Assembly: GCA_052139595.1 (NCBI GenBank)
Contig: JBKQWK010000018.1
Span: forward strand, 1 to 62,205
Length of the DNA: 62,205 nucleotides
Direction of reading: 5' to 3'
Source: Thermoleophilia bacterium
GTDB taxonomy: Bacteria; Actinomycetota; Thermoleophilia; UBA2241
The number at the start of each line of letters is the position of its first letter. The first letter of the stretch is position 1. Below the pieces are notes generated by a model, which saw nothing but the letters and a program-made list of their open reading frames with translations, did not search any database and was not told the origin of the DNA. Both the position numbers and the translations under genes were made by a program. Of this stretch, positions 48,473 through 57,514 are shown piece by piece.

Positions 48473-49039
48473 ATGAAGCTGATTCTGACATGTCTCAGGG
48501 TCTTGATCACCATCGCACCGCTGGCGTTGATTCTCGGTTGTGACGAAAAACCTGACGAGCGGATCAACCAAGCAAACCGCGAATTAGTCGCCCGGCAGGC
48601 TGAGCAGCAGCGGCAATTCCAACAAACGCAGAAGGAACTGGCTGAAGGCTCTCGCAAGCTGGTCGAAAGTGACGCCAAAGCTCGGGCAGAGTTGGTCGCC
48701 GTCCAACAGGGACTCCGTTCTGACCAAGCCGAAATAGGCAAGCAGCGCGATGCTCTGGAAACTGAGCGCAAAGAGATTGCCCGCACCAGGTACTTGGACC
48801 CAATCATCGCCGCCGCTATCGAGCACGTAGGAATTATTGTCGCCTGCTTGATCCCGCTTGGACTCGGGTTCTACCTGCTCTTCACGTTGAACCGGCATAG
48901 CCAAAGCGACGAAATCCTGACCGAGTTTTTGATTCAGGAGGTCGCAAACGACCTGCCACTACTCAGCCAAAGCAAGCCCAGGGCGTTGCCATCCGTTCCG
49001 CTTCCGATTTCAGGATCGCCCTCCGATCCTTTGATCTGA
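48473..49039 (+). CDS. Putative lipoprotein with coiled coil and C-terminal TM helix
   Basis: Lipobox LILGC, a Gln/Glu-rich coiled-coil region and one hydrophobic helix. Confidence 0.5.
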   Translation: MKLILTCLRVLITIAPLALILGCDEKPDERINQANRELVARQAEQQRQFQQTQKELAEGSRKLVESDAKARAELVAVQQGLRSDQAEIGKQRDALETERKEIARTRYLDPIIAAAIEHVGIIVACLIPLGLGFYLLFTLNRHSQSDEILTEFLIQEVANDLPLLSQSKPRALPSVPLPISGSPSDPLI

Positions 49040-49064
49040 ACGTTCCTTTTCGCCCTGCGATGTA

Positions 49065-49103
49065 GCGGGGCGGTTTGTGTTTTTTTCAACACAGCCGCCC
49101 CGC
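49065..49103 (+). terminator. GC-rich stem-loop after the lipoprotein gene
   Basis: gcggggcgg ... ccgccccgc with further pairing (tgtgt/acaca) and a T-rich loop. An overlapping alternative hairpin is ccgccccg-ca-cggggcgg. Confidence 0.4.
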
Positions 49104-49137
49104 ACGGGGCGGCCTAGCTATCAGGAGGTCGTTTCGT

Positions 49138-49770
49138 ATGGTTGCTCCCCGCAAGTTCTCCCAGAAACATTCTGCTCCGAACTGGCATCCGGTCTTCCTC
49201 CAGATGCTGCCGACGATTCGCCGGTGCGCTCGGCATGCCTTCCGAAATCTCCCGCCCGAGGCCAGGGAGGAAGCCATCGCGGACGTTATCGCCAACTCGT
49301 TCGTCGCGTTCGTCCGGCTCGTCGAACGTGACAAGATCGAACTGGCCTACCCGACCGTGCTAGCCCGATACGGGATTGCCCAGCACAAGTGCGGCCGTCG
49401 CGTGGGCACGAGGTTGAACGTCAAAGACGTTTCGTCGGATTATTGCCGGGTGAACAAAAGCGTCTTCGTCCAAAGGTTGGATCGCTTCGACGACGACGAA
49501 GGCGTTTGGAAAGAAATCCTGCTTGAGGATCGGACTGCCGGACCGGCCGAAATCGCAGCCTGCCGCATGGATTTTTCGGGTTGGCTGAAAACGCTCAGCC
49601 GCCGCGATCGGAAGTTGGCGCTGACGTTGGCCACCGGCGAAGGCACCGGCACGGTGTCGAAGTTGTTCCGTGTGTCCGCGGGTAGGGTCAGCCAGATTCG
49701 CAGAGAACTCATGGACTCGTGGCGAAAGTTCGTTGGCGAGGAGCCCATACCGGGGCCGGAGCCCGCGTAG
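49138..49770 (+). CDS. Sigma-70 region-4-like HTH protein (ECF-like, atypical)
   Basis: GGAGG lies 9 nt upstream of the ATG. The C-terminal LSRRDRKLALTLATGEGTGTVSKLFRVSAGRVSQIRRELMDSW resembles sigma region 4. No clear region 2. Confidence 0.5.
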   Translation: MVAPRKFSQKHSAPNWHPVFLQMLPTIRRCARHAFRNLPPEAREEAIADVIANSFVAFVRLVERDKIELAYPTVLARYGIAQHKCGRRVGTRLNVKDVSSDYCRVNKSVFVQRLDRFDDDEGVWKEILLEDRTAGPAEIAACRMDFSGWLKTLSRRDRKLALTLATGEGTGTVSKLFRVSAGRVSQIRRELMDSWRKFVGEEPIPGPEPA

Positions 49771-50066
49771 GAAGGATCGTCCAAGGTAAATGCTTCACGA
49801 GGGCCGGTCCCATTTGGGGCGGCCCTCGTTACCTATCAGAGACTCGCTCATTCCACCGCTCCGCACACAATCCATCGTCACCTGTTTCGCCGCCTGCGCC
49901 AGCGGATCTCAGCGGCCCTTTTCACACCCTTCCCCCCAAGGACTATACGGAGCCCACTTGCTCCGGCCTTCCTGTCAAAATAGGGAAGATCGCCGGGAAT
50001 GCCGCTGGCATTGCGCCTAGGGCCCACACAAAGCGGACGATGCTCTGGCCGCCCTGACCACGTTCT

Positions 50067-50094
50067 GGCCCCAGGCGAACCCCTGGGCCTTTTT
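50067..50094 (+). terminator. Orphan intrinsic-terminator-like hairpin with T5 tract in a 660-bp gap
   Basis: ggccccagg-cgaac-ccctgggcc (8 bp with bulges) followed by ttttt. Confidence 0.35.
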
Positions 50095-50431
50095 GAAGGG
50101 ATTCCCGCCCGCGGTACGCTGGAAACCGGCCGACGTGGGCCAAGGGAAGGTCCGCCGAGAGACTCGCGGGCCTCTATTGGGGTGGGAAGCATACATCTGG
50201 CAGCGAAGGGCCAATGGTGGCATCCACCGACTGGTTCCGCACCAGTGGCCGACCAGTCAGGGACCAGTCCCCGCCATGGCCGCCGCCCCTGGGCGCTCGC
50301 TCCGGCACGGGCAGGGCGACACATTCCGTCAAGATGGACGGGAGGGCCCGGAAAGGGCTTGGGGGCGGATTTCGGGTCGGTAGAAGGGGCAAGGACTGGT
50401 ATCCTGTGGCGACCTGTGCTAGGTTGCGGGC

Positions 50432-51223
50432 ATGAACGAGATGCCGAGACCCCGCCGCCGTAAGTTCCAATATAGCCTGCGGTCGCTTTGCCTCGTCATG
50501 CTCCTGGCGTGCATCGGAATGAGTTGGCTGGGGGACAAAATACAGAAGGCCAGACGACAGAGGGAGATTGTGGAGGAGATACAGAAGGTGGGTGGGGGTG
50601 CTTACTATGACTATCAGGCGGATTGGGTAAGAACTGGGGCACAACCATTAAGCCCAAGATGGCTGCGACATCTCCTCGGTGACGACTTCTTTTGGAATGT
50701 TGATTACGTGAACTTCGACGACACCCAGGTGACGGGCGCTGGGCTGGAACACCTCAAGGGATTGATCCAACTCCGATTCTTGTCACTCAACAGCACGCAG
50801 GTGACGGATGCTGGGCTGGAAAAACTGAAACGGTTGACCCAACTTCAAAGCTTGTCACTCGACAGCACGCGGGTGACGGATGCCGGGCTGGAAAAACTGA
50901 AGGGGTTGACTCAACTCCACCAGTTGTCGCTCGAAAATACCCAGGTGACGGACGCTGGCCTGGAACACCTGAAGGGGTTGACTCAACTCCGATATTTGGC
51001 GCTCAACAGCACTCAGGTGACAGATGCTGGTCTGGAGCACCTGAAGGGGTTGACCCAACTCCGATCGCTCGTGCTCAAGAGCACCCAGGTGACGGACGCT
51101 GGGCTGGAACACCTGAAGGGGCTGACTCAACTCACAACATTGTGGCTCAAAAAAACCCAGGTTACGGACAAAGGTGTGAAGAAACTTCAGCACGTTCTAC
51201 CGGACGGCGCGATTGTCCGCTGA
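50432..51223 (+). CDS. Leucine-rich-repeat protein with N-terminal membrane anchor (Planctomycetes-type LRR)
   Basis: Seven 24-residue repeats with the pattern TQVTDAGLEHLKGLTQLxxLxLxx. N-terminal anchor RSLCLVMLLACIGMSWL. Confidence 0.8.
   Translation: MNEMPRPRRRKFQYSLRSLCLVMLLACIGMSWLGDKIQKARRQREIVEEIQKVGGGAYYDYQADWVRTGAQPLSPRWLRHLLGDDFFWNVDYVNFDDTQVTGAGLEHLKGLIQLRFLSLNSTQVTDAGLEKLKRLTQLQSLSLDSTRVTDAGLEKLKGLTQLHQLSLENTQVTDAGLEHLKGLTQLRYLALNSTQVTDAGLEHLKGLTQLRSLVLKSTQVTDAGLEHLKGLTQLTTLWLKKTQVTDKGVKKLQHVLPDGAIVR
50722..51195 (+). repeat. 72-bp tandem coding repeats (about 7 units) of the LRR gene
   Basis: (c)acccaggtgacgg recurs at 50722, 50794, 50866, 50938, 51010, 51082 and 51154. Confidence 0.85.
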
Positions 51224-51543
51224 TGCTCTCGATGCAATCGAGGGGGAGATAGGCATCAACCCCAGCAGCAAGCCCGCAGAGGCCAACAGGAACGCGACCC
51301 AATGCCATCGTAAAACCCGCTAGAAGTCTCTTCAAGGCATTGGCAGAAAAGCCATATTCAAGCCGTTCCCAGGTGGCATAGCGTTTCTAATCGCTATGTC
51401 TCCCGAGCATATCATGCAATCCCCACGCACTGGCTCGCTAAAGGCCCACGGCGTGTGGCATCCCGCCTGCGTGACATCCCCAAGTAAGACGGCTTGGTGA
51501 TTCCCTCAACAACAATCCTCTTGAACAGGAGACGTGCGTAACC

Positions 51544-52110
51544 ATGAAGATCAACGTCGGATTGACCAAAAAGATCGGCCACGCAAACTACGGCAGCCTG
51601 GCAGCCAACTGCGGCATCGAGTTCCAGGCCGACCAGTCGATCCTCCAAAACGAGGAAGCTCTCCGCCGCCAGGTCCAGCGGGCCTACGCCGCCTGCTGCA
51701 AGGCGGTCAACGATGAACTGGCCCGACAGCAGAGCCAATGCCAGAACAACGGCAACGGGGCTGCCGGTGTCCGTAATCAGTCCTCTCCGCCCCCGAGCCA
51801 AGCGTCTGCCTCGACCAACGGGAACGGCAGTTACGGAGATGGCAACAACGGCAACGGGCACAGCAATGGTAACGGCAACGGCAAAAATGGGCATGGCCCA
51901 TCCACGAAGCAAATGACGTACCTCCGGCAGTTGGCTGGCCAGGTCAAAGGCGTCGGCGTCCGCAAGCTCGACCAGCTCGCGATGAAGATGTTCGGCAAGC
52001 CGGTTGCCAGCCTCTCCAGCATCGACGCCAGCGGGCTCATTGACACCCTCAAAGGCGTGAAGGCAGGCGAGATCGACCTGGATTCCGTATTAGGAGAAAC
52101 CACCTCGTGA
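51544..52110 (+). CDS. Hypothetical protein with Asn/Gly-rich linker
   Basis: ATG at 51544. Two structured ends are joined by an NGNG-rich low-complexity linker. The stop overlaps the GTG of the downstream nuclease gene. Confidence 0.5.
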   Translation: MKINVGLTKKIGHANYGSLAANCGIEFQADQSILQNEEALRRQVQRAYAACCKAVNDELARQQSQCQNNGNGAAGVRNQSSPPPSQASASTNGNGSYGDGNNGNGHSNGNGNGKNGHGPSTKQMTYLRQLAGQVKGVGVRKLDQLAMKMFGKPVASLSSIDASGLIDTLKGVKAGEIDLDSVLGETTS

Positions 52111-52944
52111 GTACCGACCTCTTGATTGGTGAGGAACCGCGAAGGAAACAGGGGGGCATTTGGGCCTACGTCAGCCCAAGTCGTTTGTCGAAGTGGCTCT
52201 CATGCCCCCTCGCGTACCGCCTTGCGTACATCGACGGCCACCGGCCACCGGCCGCCGACCAACGCCAATCTGTTCCTTGGCAAGGCTGTCCACGCCGGGT
52301 TACAGGTCGTCTATCGTCATCGCCACTTGGGTATCACCTTAGAAGCGGCCGATGTCTGCCGCCGCCTCCTGGAATCGTGGGCAACGCTCGTGGACGAAGA
52401 GGACATGAAGTTCGCTTCCACCGCCGACGAGCAATCACTTCAACGCCAGGCCACGGACTTGGTAACGGCCTACCTCAACGTCGCGCCGAAGGATGAGAAA
52501 CCATTGGCAGTGGAGGTCTCCGTGGAGATGCCGCTGATTGACCCGGCCACCGGCGAAAATCTCGGCATCCCCATGCTCGGTGTCATGGATTTGATCCTCG
52601 ATGCCCAGAAAGGGCCGACAATCATCGACTTCAAGACCAGTAGCCGCTCCAGCGAGCCGCTGGAAATCACGCATGAGATCCAGCTCACCTCGTATGCCTA
52701 CCTGTTTCGACAAGTGTCCGAGCAATCGGAAGCCGGGCTGGAGATCCGGTCGCTGATAAAGACCAAAACGCCCAAGATCGAGTTCCATGCCTATCCGGCA
52801 CGCACGGACGCCCACTTCAAGCGGCTCTTCGCGGTGCTGCACGAGTATCTCGATGCCTTGGACGCCGATCGATTCAACTACCGCCCCGGATTCCACTGCG
52901 GCATGTGCGACCACCAAACGCGATGCCGTGATTGGCAGGGATAG
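52107..52944 (+). pseudogene. Cas4/RecB-like PD-(D/E)XK nuclease with Fe-S cysteines, frameshifted by a 7-bp tandem duplication
   Basis: The N-terminal part is in the frame of ORF 52107 (SPSRLSKWLSCPLAYRLAYIDGHRPP). The rest is in the frame of ORF 52126 (TNANLFLGKAVHAGL ... MDLILD ... IIDFKTS ... QLTSYAYLF ... CGMCDHQTRC). gccaccg is duplicated at 52237-52250. Confidence 0.7.
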
Positions 52945-53002
52945 CATGGGACTGCCCTGCGTTTTTGTTCTACTCGAATCTGATAGAAGAAAAGGAGGAC
53001 GT

Positions 53003-53140
53003 ATGAGTTTTTTGATCCTGCTCGGCATCATCGCAGGACTGGCAGCCTATGCCTACGCCGCTGGCAAGCGAAAGGGAAGCCACAGCGGCTACTTTGTGGG
53101 CCACCTCCACGGTTCGCGGCGACGGCGGCGGATGCGTTAA
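53003..53140 (+). CDS. Small membrane protein with Arg-rich tail (45 aa)
   Basis: A strong GGAGG lies 6 nt upstream of the ATG. Sequence: MSFLILLGIIAGLAAYAYAAGKRKG...RRRRRMR. Confidence 0.45.
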   Translation: MSFLILLGIIAGLAAYAYAAGKRKGSHSGYFVGHLHGSRRRRRMR

Positions 53141-53229
53141 GTCATCGGGATAACCACTACCGATGTTGGCGCGGGTAGTGGCGAGCGTCTTTCCTGCCAA
53201 CGACTGAAAGAAGAAGAAAGAGGTCAAAG

Positions 53230-53418
53230 ATGAAAAGCCTACTGCTCCTCGGAATCGGTGCGGCCCTCGGCGCTTTGGGTTGTCGCGTCTTTGATCGCCG
53301 CGCGGCGCTGAAGGCTCGGATTGCGGCGATCATGTCTATCTGCCGCGGCAAGAAAGAGCAGTATGAAACGACTTGGAAACGGAATGGAGACACTTGCGGC
53401 GTGGGCGCTGGTCAGTAG
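53230..53418 (+). CDS. Small hypothetical protein with N-terminal hydrophobic segment (62 aa)
   Basis: ATG preceded by a purine-rich AGAGG. Its 3' end overlaps another plausible small TM ORF (about 53363..53521), so only one of the two may be real. Confidence 0.3.
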   Translation: MKSLLLLGIGAALGALGCRVFDRRAALKARIAAIMSICRGKKEQYETTWKRNGDTCGVGAGQ

Positions 53419-53762
53419 CCTACTCGTCGTCCCGGTGTTCGGATGGGCGGCTCCTCTCGCCGTCATCAGCGGGCTGGTCCTGGTGCCGGTCGTTGTTCGC
53501 AAACTTGGGCTCGATGAGTGATTCGTCCCTGGGCCGCACGTCTTGCACGGCCCACTTTCGCCTCGCCTCGCGGTTCGGTCCTTGGGGCCGGGCGCGGGGC
53601 GGGGCCGTTCTTTCATCGCCGAGAGAACGCCCTTGGGACCGCTTCTTTACCTATTGGCTCGCCGTCGAAGCGATAGTTCCGGTACGAGCACTCGGCAGGT
53701 TCTCGGTTCGTTCGCCTTCGCTCTGCTCGGCACGCCTCGCCGTGTGCTCGACCTCCGCTCAC

Positions 53763-56700
53763 TCACTTGTCTGCCAAAACTAGGCAGACACGGAAGCCCA
53801 GGTCGCCGCTGCGGTCCCCGGGCGAGAAGATGACGCAGCGGTCCGCCGACCGGCAGCGCCACGCCGGGCCGTTCCAGCCACCGCCGCGACCCACGCGGGA
53901 CGAGCCTCCGGGAGGTCCCATCGGATCGTCCGTAGGCGACTTCGCATAATAGTCCCTATCATACCAGTCCTGACACCATTCCCACACGTTGCCAAGCATG
54001 TCGTACAGGCCAAAGACGTTTGCGCGCTTCTGCCCCACAGGGTGCGTCTGGCCGCCCGCGTTCGCATTGAACCAAGCGTACTCGCCCAGTAGCTTCTCTT
54101 CCAATGTCGCCGGGAGTTGGCCGGAATGAGGGCTAAAGGACCACGGGCCTGGGTTTCCCGCTCGGCACGCATATTCCCACTGCGCCTCCGTTGGCAACTG
54201 ATACCGCTGCTTGGCCCCCTTTTCCGAGGGCAACTCCGACAGCCGCCGACAGAACTCCACCGCATCATCCCTGGAGATTTGCTCCACGGGGCGCTTCAGG
54301 TCGCCCTGGAACTTGCTCGGATTGCTGCCTATCACCCGCTGGTACTCCTCCTGCGTCACCTCGGTTACGCCCAGCCAATACGGCTTCGTGATCCGCACCC
54401 GGTGCCGCGGCGCTTCGCCCGGCAGGTGGTCTCTGTACCAACCATCGCTACCGTGCAGCCGCAACTCCTCCTCGATCAGATCCTTCGGCGAGCCCATGTC
54501 GAACTCGCCGGGTGGTATCAGCACCAGCTTCATCCCAATCGAGTTGGTTTGGACTACGGACACGCGGAGGTACTTGGCCCAACGTGCCTGGTGAAGCCTG
54601 GCCGTCTTCTCGTTGAACGGGGCCACAGCCAAGGGCGGCAGGTGGCCTGGGAACGGCGCGAGATCCTGGCCGACCTGGGCGATTTCTGCCAGACGTTTTT
54701 CAACCTTGGTCTTGTTTACGCCTTCGAGCTTGGGAAGCGATTGTTTGTACCAGTGGCCCGCACGGAGCAAGAATGCCGTTTTCTCGTCTCCGCGACGATC
54801 CCCGGAACCATCCCACCAGGCGTCGGCCAACTTGACCTGGTCCTCCGGATTGGTTGGCGGTGAAGAAAGCTCTCGCTGAGCCAGGGCCTTGAGGACTGCA
54901 TCGCTCCCCTTCGTCAAGTATGGCAGGCCCGTCTGCCAATCGTTATGGACAAGGCAGTACCACGCGCCGATGGTAAGATTCGCGTCCGCATCTTCCGGGT
55001 TCTTTTTCAGCCTCTCCATCGCCTGCTGGAACGCTGCCATTGTCTGCTGGAGCGCCTCAGATTGCTCTTGAAGTTGTTGTACCTTCTTTCGGCGCTCGGC
55101 TACTTCCTTGCGCAGTTGCGGACTGCTTCTGACGCAGGCGTCGGCTACGGACTTGGCCAGACTTGCGGCCACTTCGTAACGATTCTCGGCCACAGCCTCG
55201 TCAATCACGCTGCGAGAACCTTCCACGAGGGACTGAACCCGAGCCGCGTTGCGAGGCCCCTTGGCGAACCGCTCCAACATTGCGGCCTTCGCGTTCAGTG
55301 GATCAATGGCGAAGGTGTCGGTCATCGGGAGGAGCATTTCCAACATGATCGCGGCGTCGCTGCCATCGCAGGCCAATTCCGCCGCCTTGTGCAGGAGCAC
55401 GTACTGCTCATTCGGTTTTGGAGTCTTCTTGGACGCGTCGAAGAGTTCTCTGGCGAGCTTGATCTTCGCTTCCGGCGTCTTGGCCTGGGAAATCTTATAC
55501 GTCTCTTCGATTACGTCTCCCACTTGGCGTTGGGTTTCTGCCGAGGGCACAGCGCATTTCTTGGGTCCCTCGGGCGGTCTGGAAACCGGCTCCGAAGGCT
55601 TCAGCGGAACGGAGTCGAGGGGCGTTACCCGGACGCTGTGAAATGTGACGGTCGGGCTAGGGCGTTCTTGCTTAGGCCCCCAGCCAGCTATTGCAAGTTG
55701 CCGCGGTTTGCCTATGCTGCACTGAACGGATTTCTGTTGTCCCTTCCAGCTAAGGTGCTTCTTTCCGTCGAGGAGTACCTCGATGCTCGCCCGGTCTGCT
55801 TGCAGCCGAACCTTCACCGTCGCGCAGTAGCGATGACCAACCACCTGGGCGAACAGCGTACATGTTGGATTGCGGTTCGGTTTGTCCCAGGCAGTATGAC
55901 CATCAATGGCGTCGATCTCGCTAACTGTACCAAAGTCTGGCGAATACTGACCGAAAGGAATCGTGCAGCCACCCTCTCCCACCGGCATACAGATCCACAC
56001 AGGGCTCCCCGCCTCTTTGTGCGGCGTGAACTCCACGTCCAGATCGTAGTCGCCCGCCATGACAGCACCGGGGACATACAACAGCGCTATTGTCTCGTTT
56101 CCCGAACCGGCAACGCCGTCCGGCGATCGGATCCACTCACCCGATTCGCGGTCTCTCGCGATGTCCACAGCGTCCAAGAGGTTGCCGGTGGGCTTGGGCA
56201 ACTCGGGATTGGGGGGAGCGGGCTTGGATGGTTCGGGTTTGGGCGGTTCCGACTTCGGCGGTTCCGGCGTCGGCTTAGGGTTGGGTGGCTGAGTTGACTC
56301 CGGCTTTGCCGAAGCTGCGGGAGAAGCAGGATGTTCACTCTTTGGACTCGCCTTCACCTTCTGCGCCGAGTTTTCTGCCTTGGACTGTGCCATCTTCGGA
56401 GCCTCGCTTCGCCCGCCCAGCCACGTCCAGAGTCCGAACGAGAACAAGATCGCCGCAAGCCCACTGGACAAAATCGTCACCGTCCGCGTCAGTTCACTTG
56501 TCTTCCGTCGCGATGCAGGCCGCGCGGGCTGTGAAGGCTGCGAAGTCACGAAGTCCAGGGCCTGCTGATCGCTCTCCGGTTCCGTGGCCTGCTCCGCGGC
56601 TGGGTGCGGCGCGATCGCGGCCCGCAACGCCTCGTCGTAGGCTGTCTTCTTTCCAGCATTCAGGAGGCAAACTCGGGCCGCGGCAATCTCGTTGAGAATC

Positions 56701-57263
56701 TTCTGCGATTCGGCGGCGTGCTGCCCTGCCTGGAAACTGCGAACGTGCGCCATCCGCTGGTCGGCCGCATTGGAGATCACGTTCCAGTCCGACTCGAACA
56801 GATCTGTCCCAAGCAGGCGGTAGTGATTGGGCGGCTGGTCCTTGGGTGAAATGCTCAGCCATTGATAATAAGGATCGAACGTCTCGGCCATGTCCAACTC
56901 CTTGTTGCTTGCCCTTGTTGGCGCGCCATCTGTTACCTCGTCGCCCAATGCCGTGGGCACAGTAATCGTGGCTCGCTTCTTGCCGATTTCAGCTTGCAAT
57001 CGTGCATCGTAGGCAGCTTTCTTCTCTCGATCCTGCAAGCACGCTTTGGCAAGAGCGAGTTCGTTGAGGATTCTCTGTGACACTGCCACATGCTGCCCCA
57101 ACTGATACCGCCGCACATGGCCCATTCGTTGCTCGGCGGCATCGCGAATGGCTTCGGGATCGTCCTCGAACAGGTCGATCCCCAGCAAGCGATAATGGTT
57201 CGGCGGCAGGTCATTGGGAGAGATCCCCAGCCAGCGATGATAGGGATTGATGTCTTCAGCCAT
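53763..57263 (-). CDS. Large membrane-anchored protein: two J-domain-like modules (no HPD), TM, Pro-rich linker, C-terminal formylglycine-generating-enzyme (FGE/SUMF1-type) domain
   Basis: Two copies of DPYxxWLxISPxDxPPNHYRLLG...AYD. Linker: PKPTPEPPKSEPPKPEPSKPAPPNPELPKP. The C-terminus MKLVLIPPGEFDMGSP ... GLYDMLGNVWEWCQDWYD ... RVGRGGGW is FGE-sulfatase-like. ATG at 57263. Confidence 0.8.
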   Translation of the reverse strand: MAEDINPYHRWLGISPNDLPPNHYRLLGIDLFEDDPEAIRDAAEQRMGHVRRYQLGQHVAVSQRILNELALAKACLQDREKKAAYDARLQAEIGKKRATITVPTALGDEVTDGAPTRASNKELDMAETFDPYYQWLSISPKDQPPNHYRLLGTDLFESDWNVISNAADQRMAHVRSFQAGQHAAESQKILNEIAAARVCLLNAGKKTAYDEALRAAIAPHPAAEQATEPESDQQALDFVTSQPSQPARPASRRKTSELTRTVTILSSGLAAILFSFGLWTWLGGRSEAPKMAQSKAENSAQKVKASPKSEHPASPAASAKPESTQPPNPKPTPEPPKSEPPKPEPSKPAPPNPELPKPTGNLLDAVDIARDRESGEWIRSPDGVAGSGNETIALLYVPGAVMAGDYDLDVEFTPHKEAGSPVWICMPVGEGGCTIPFGQYSPDFGTVSEIDAIDGHTAWDKPNRNPTCTLFAQVVGHRYCATVKVRLQADRASIEVLLDGKKHLSWKGQQKSVQCSIGKPRQLAIAGWGPKQERPSPTVTFHSVRVTPLDSVPLKPSEPVSRPPEGPKKCAVPSAETQRQVGDVIEETYKISQAKTPEAKIKLARELFDASKKTPKPNEQYVLLHKAAELACDGSDAAIMLEMLLPMTDTFAIDPLNAKAAMLERFAKGPRNAARVQSLVEGSRSVIDEAVAENRYEVAASLAKSVADACVRSSPQLRKEVAERRKKVQQLQEQSEALQQTMAAFQQAMERLKKNPEDADANLTIGAWYCLVHNDWQTGLPYLTKGSDAVLKALAQRELSSPPTNPEDQVKLADAWWDGSGDRRGDEKTAFLLRAGHWYKQSLPKLEGVNKTKVEKRLAEIAQVGQDLAPFPGHLPPLAVAPFNEKTARLHQARWAKYLRVSVVQTNSIGMKLVLIPPGEFDMGSPKDLIEEELRLHGSDGWYRDHLPGEAPRHRVRITKPYWLGVTEVTQEEYQRVIGSNPSKFQGDLKRPVEQISRDDAVEFCRRLSELPSEKGAKQRYQLPTEAQWEYACRAGNPGPWSFSPHSGQLPATLEEKLLGEYAWFNANAGGQTHPVGQKRANVFGLYDMLGNVWEWCQDWYDRDYYAKSPTDDPMGPPGGSSRVGRGGGWNGPAWRCRSADRCVIFSPGDRSGDLGFRVCLVLADK

Positions 57264-57514
57264 ATCGTATGCCTCCCGCTTCTTATTGTCCGGCTGGCTT
57301 GGCAAAGTACCTGGATCGCCTCTTCGCAACGTCCGGGTGGTTCTTACAGTGCGGCACTCCGAGCAGGCGGTAGTGGTTGGGTGGCTGATCCTAGGGTGGG
57401 ATCGAGAGCCAGCGGTAATACGAGTCAAAAGCCTTCATCTGATCGCCCCTTCTCGCTTGCACGCCTGAACTTCTCCGGATCGAGAGACCGATCTCCCGTG
57501 TCGTGCTGCTGCCG

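Noticed and set aside
49878-50463. Several overlapping ORFs (148-156 aa) in the gap before the LRR gene.
   Set aside because: They overlap one another on both strands, have Arg/Pro/Gly-rich low-complexity products, and one crosses a terminator-like hairpin.
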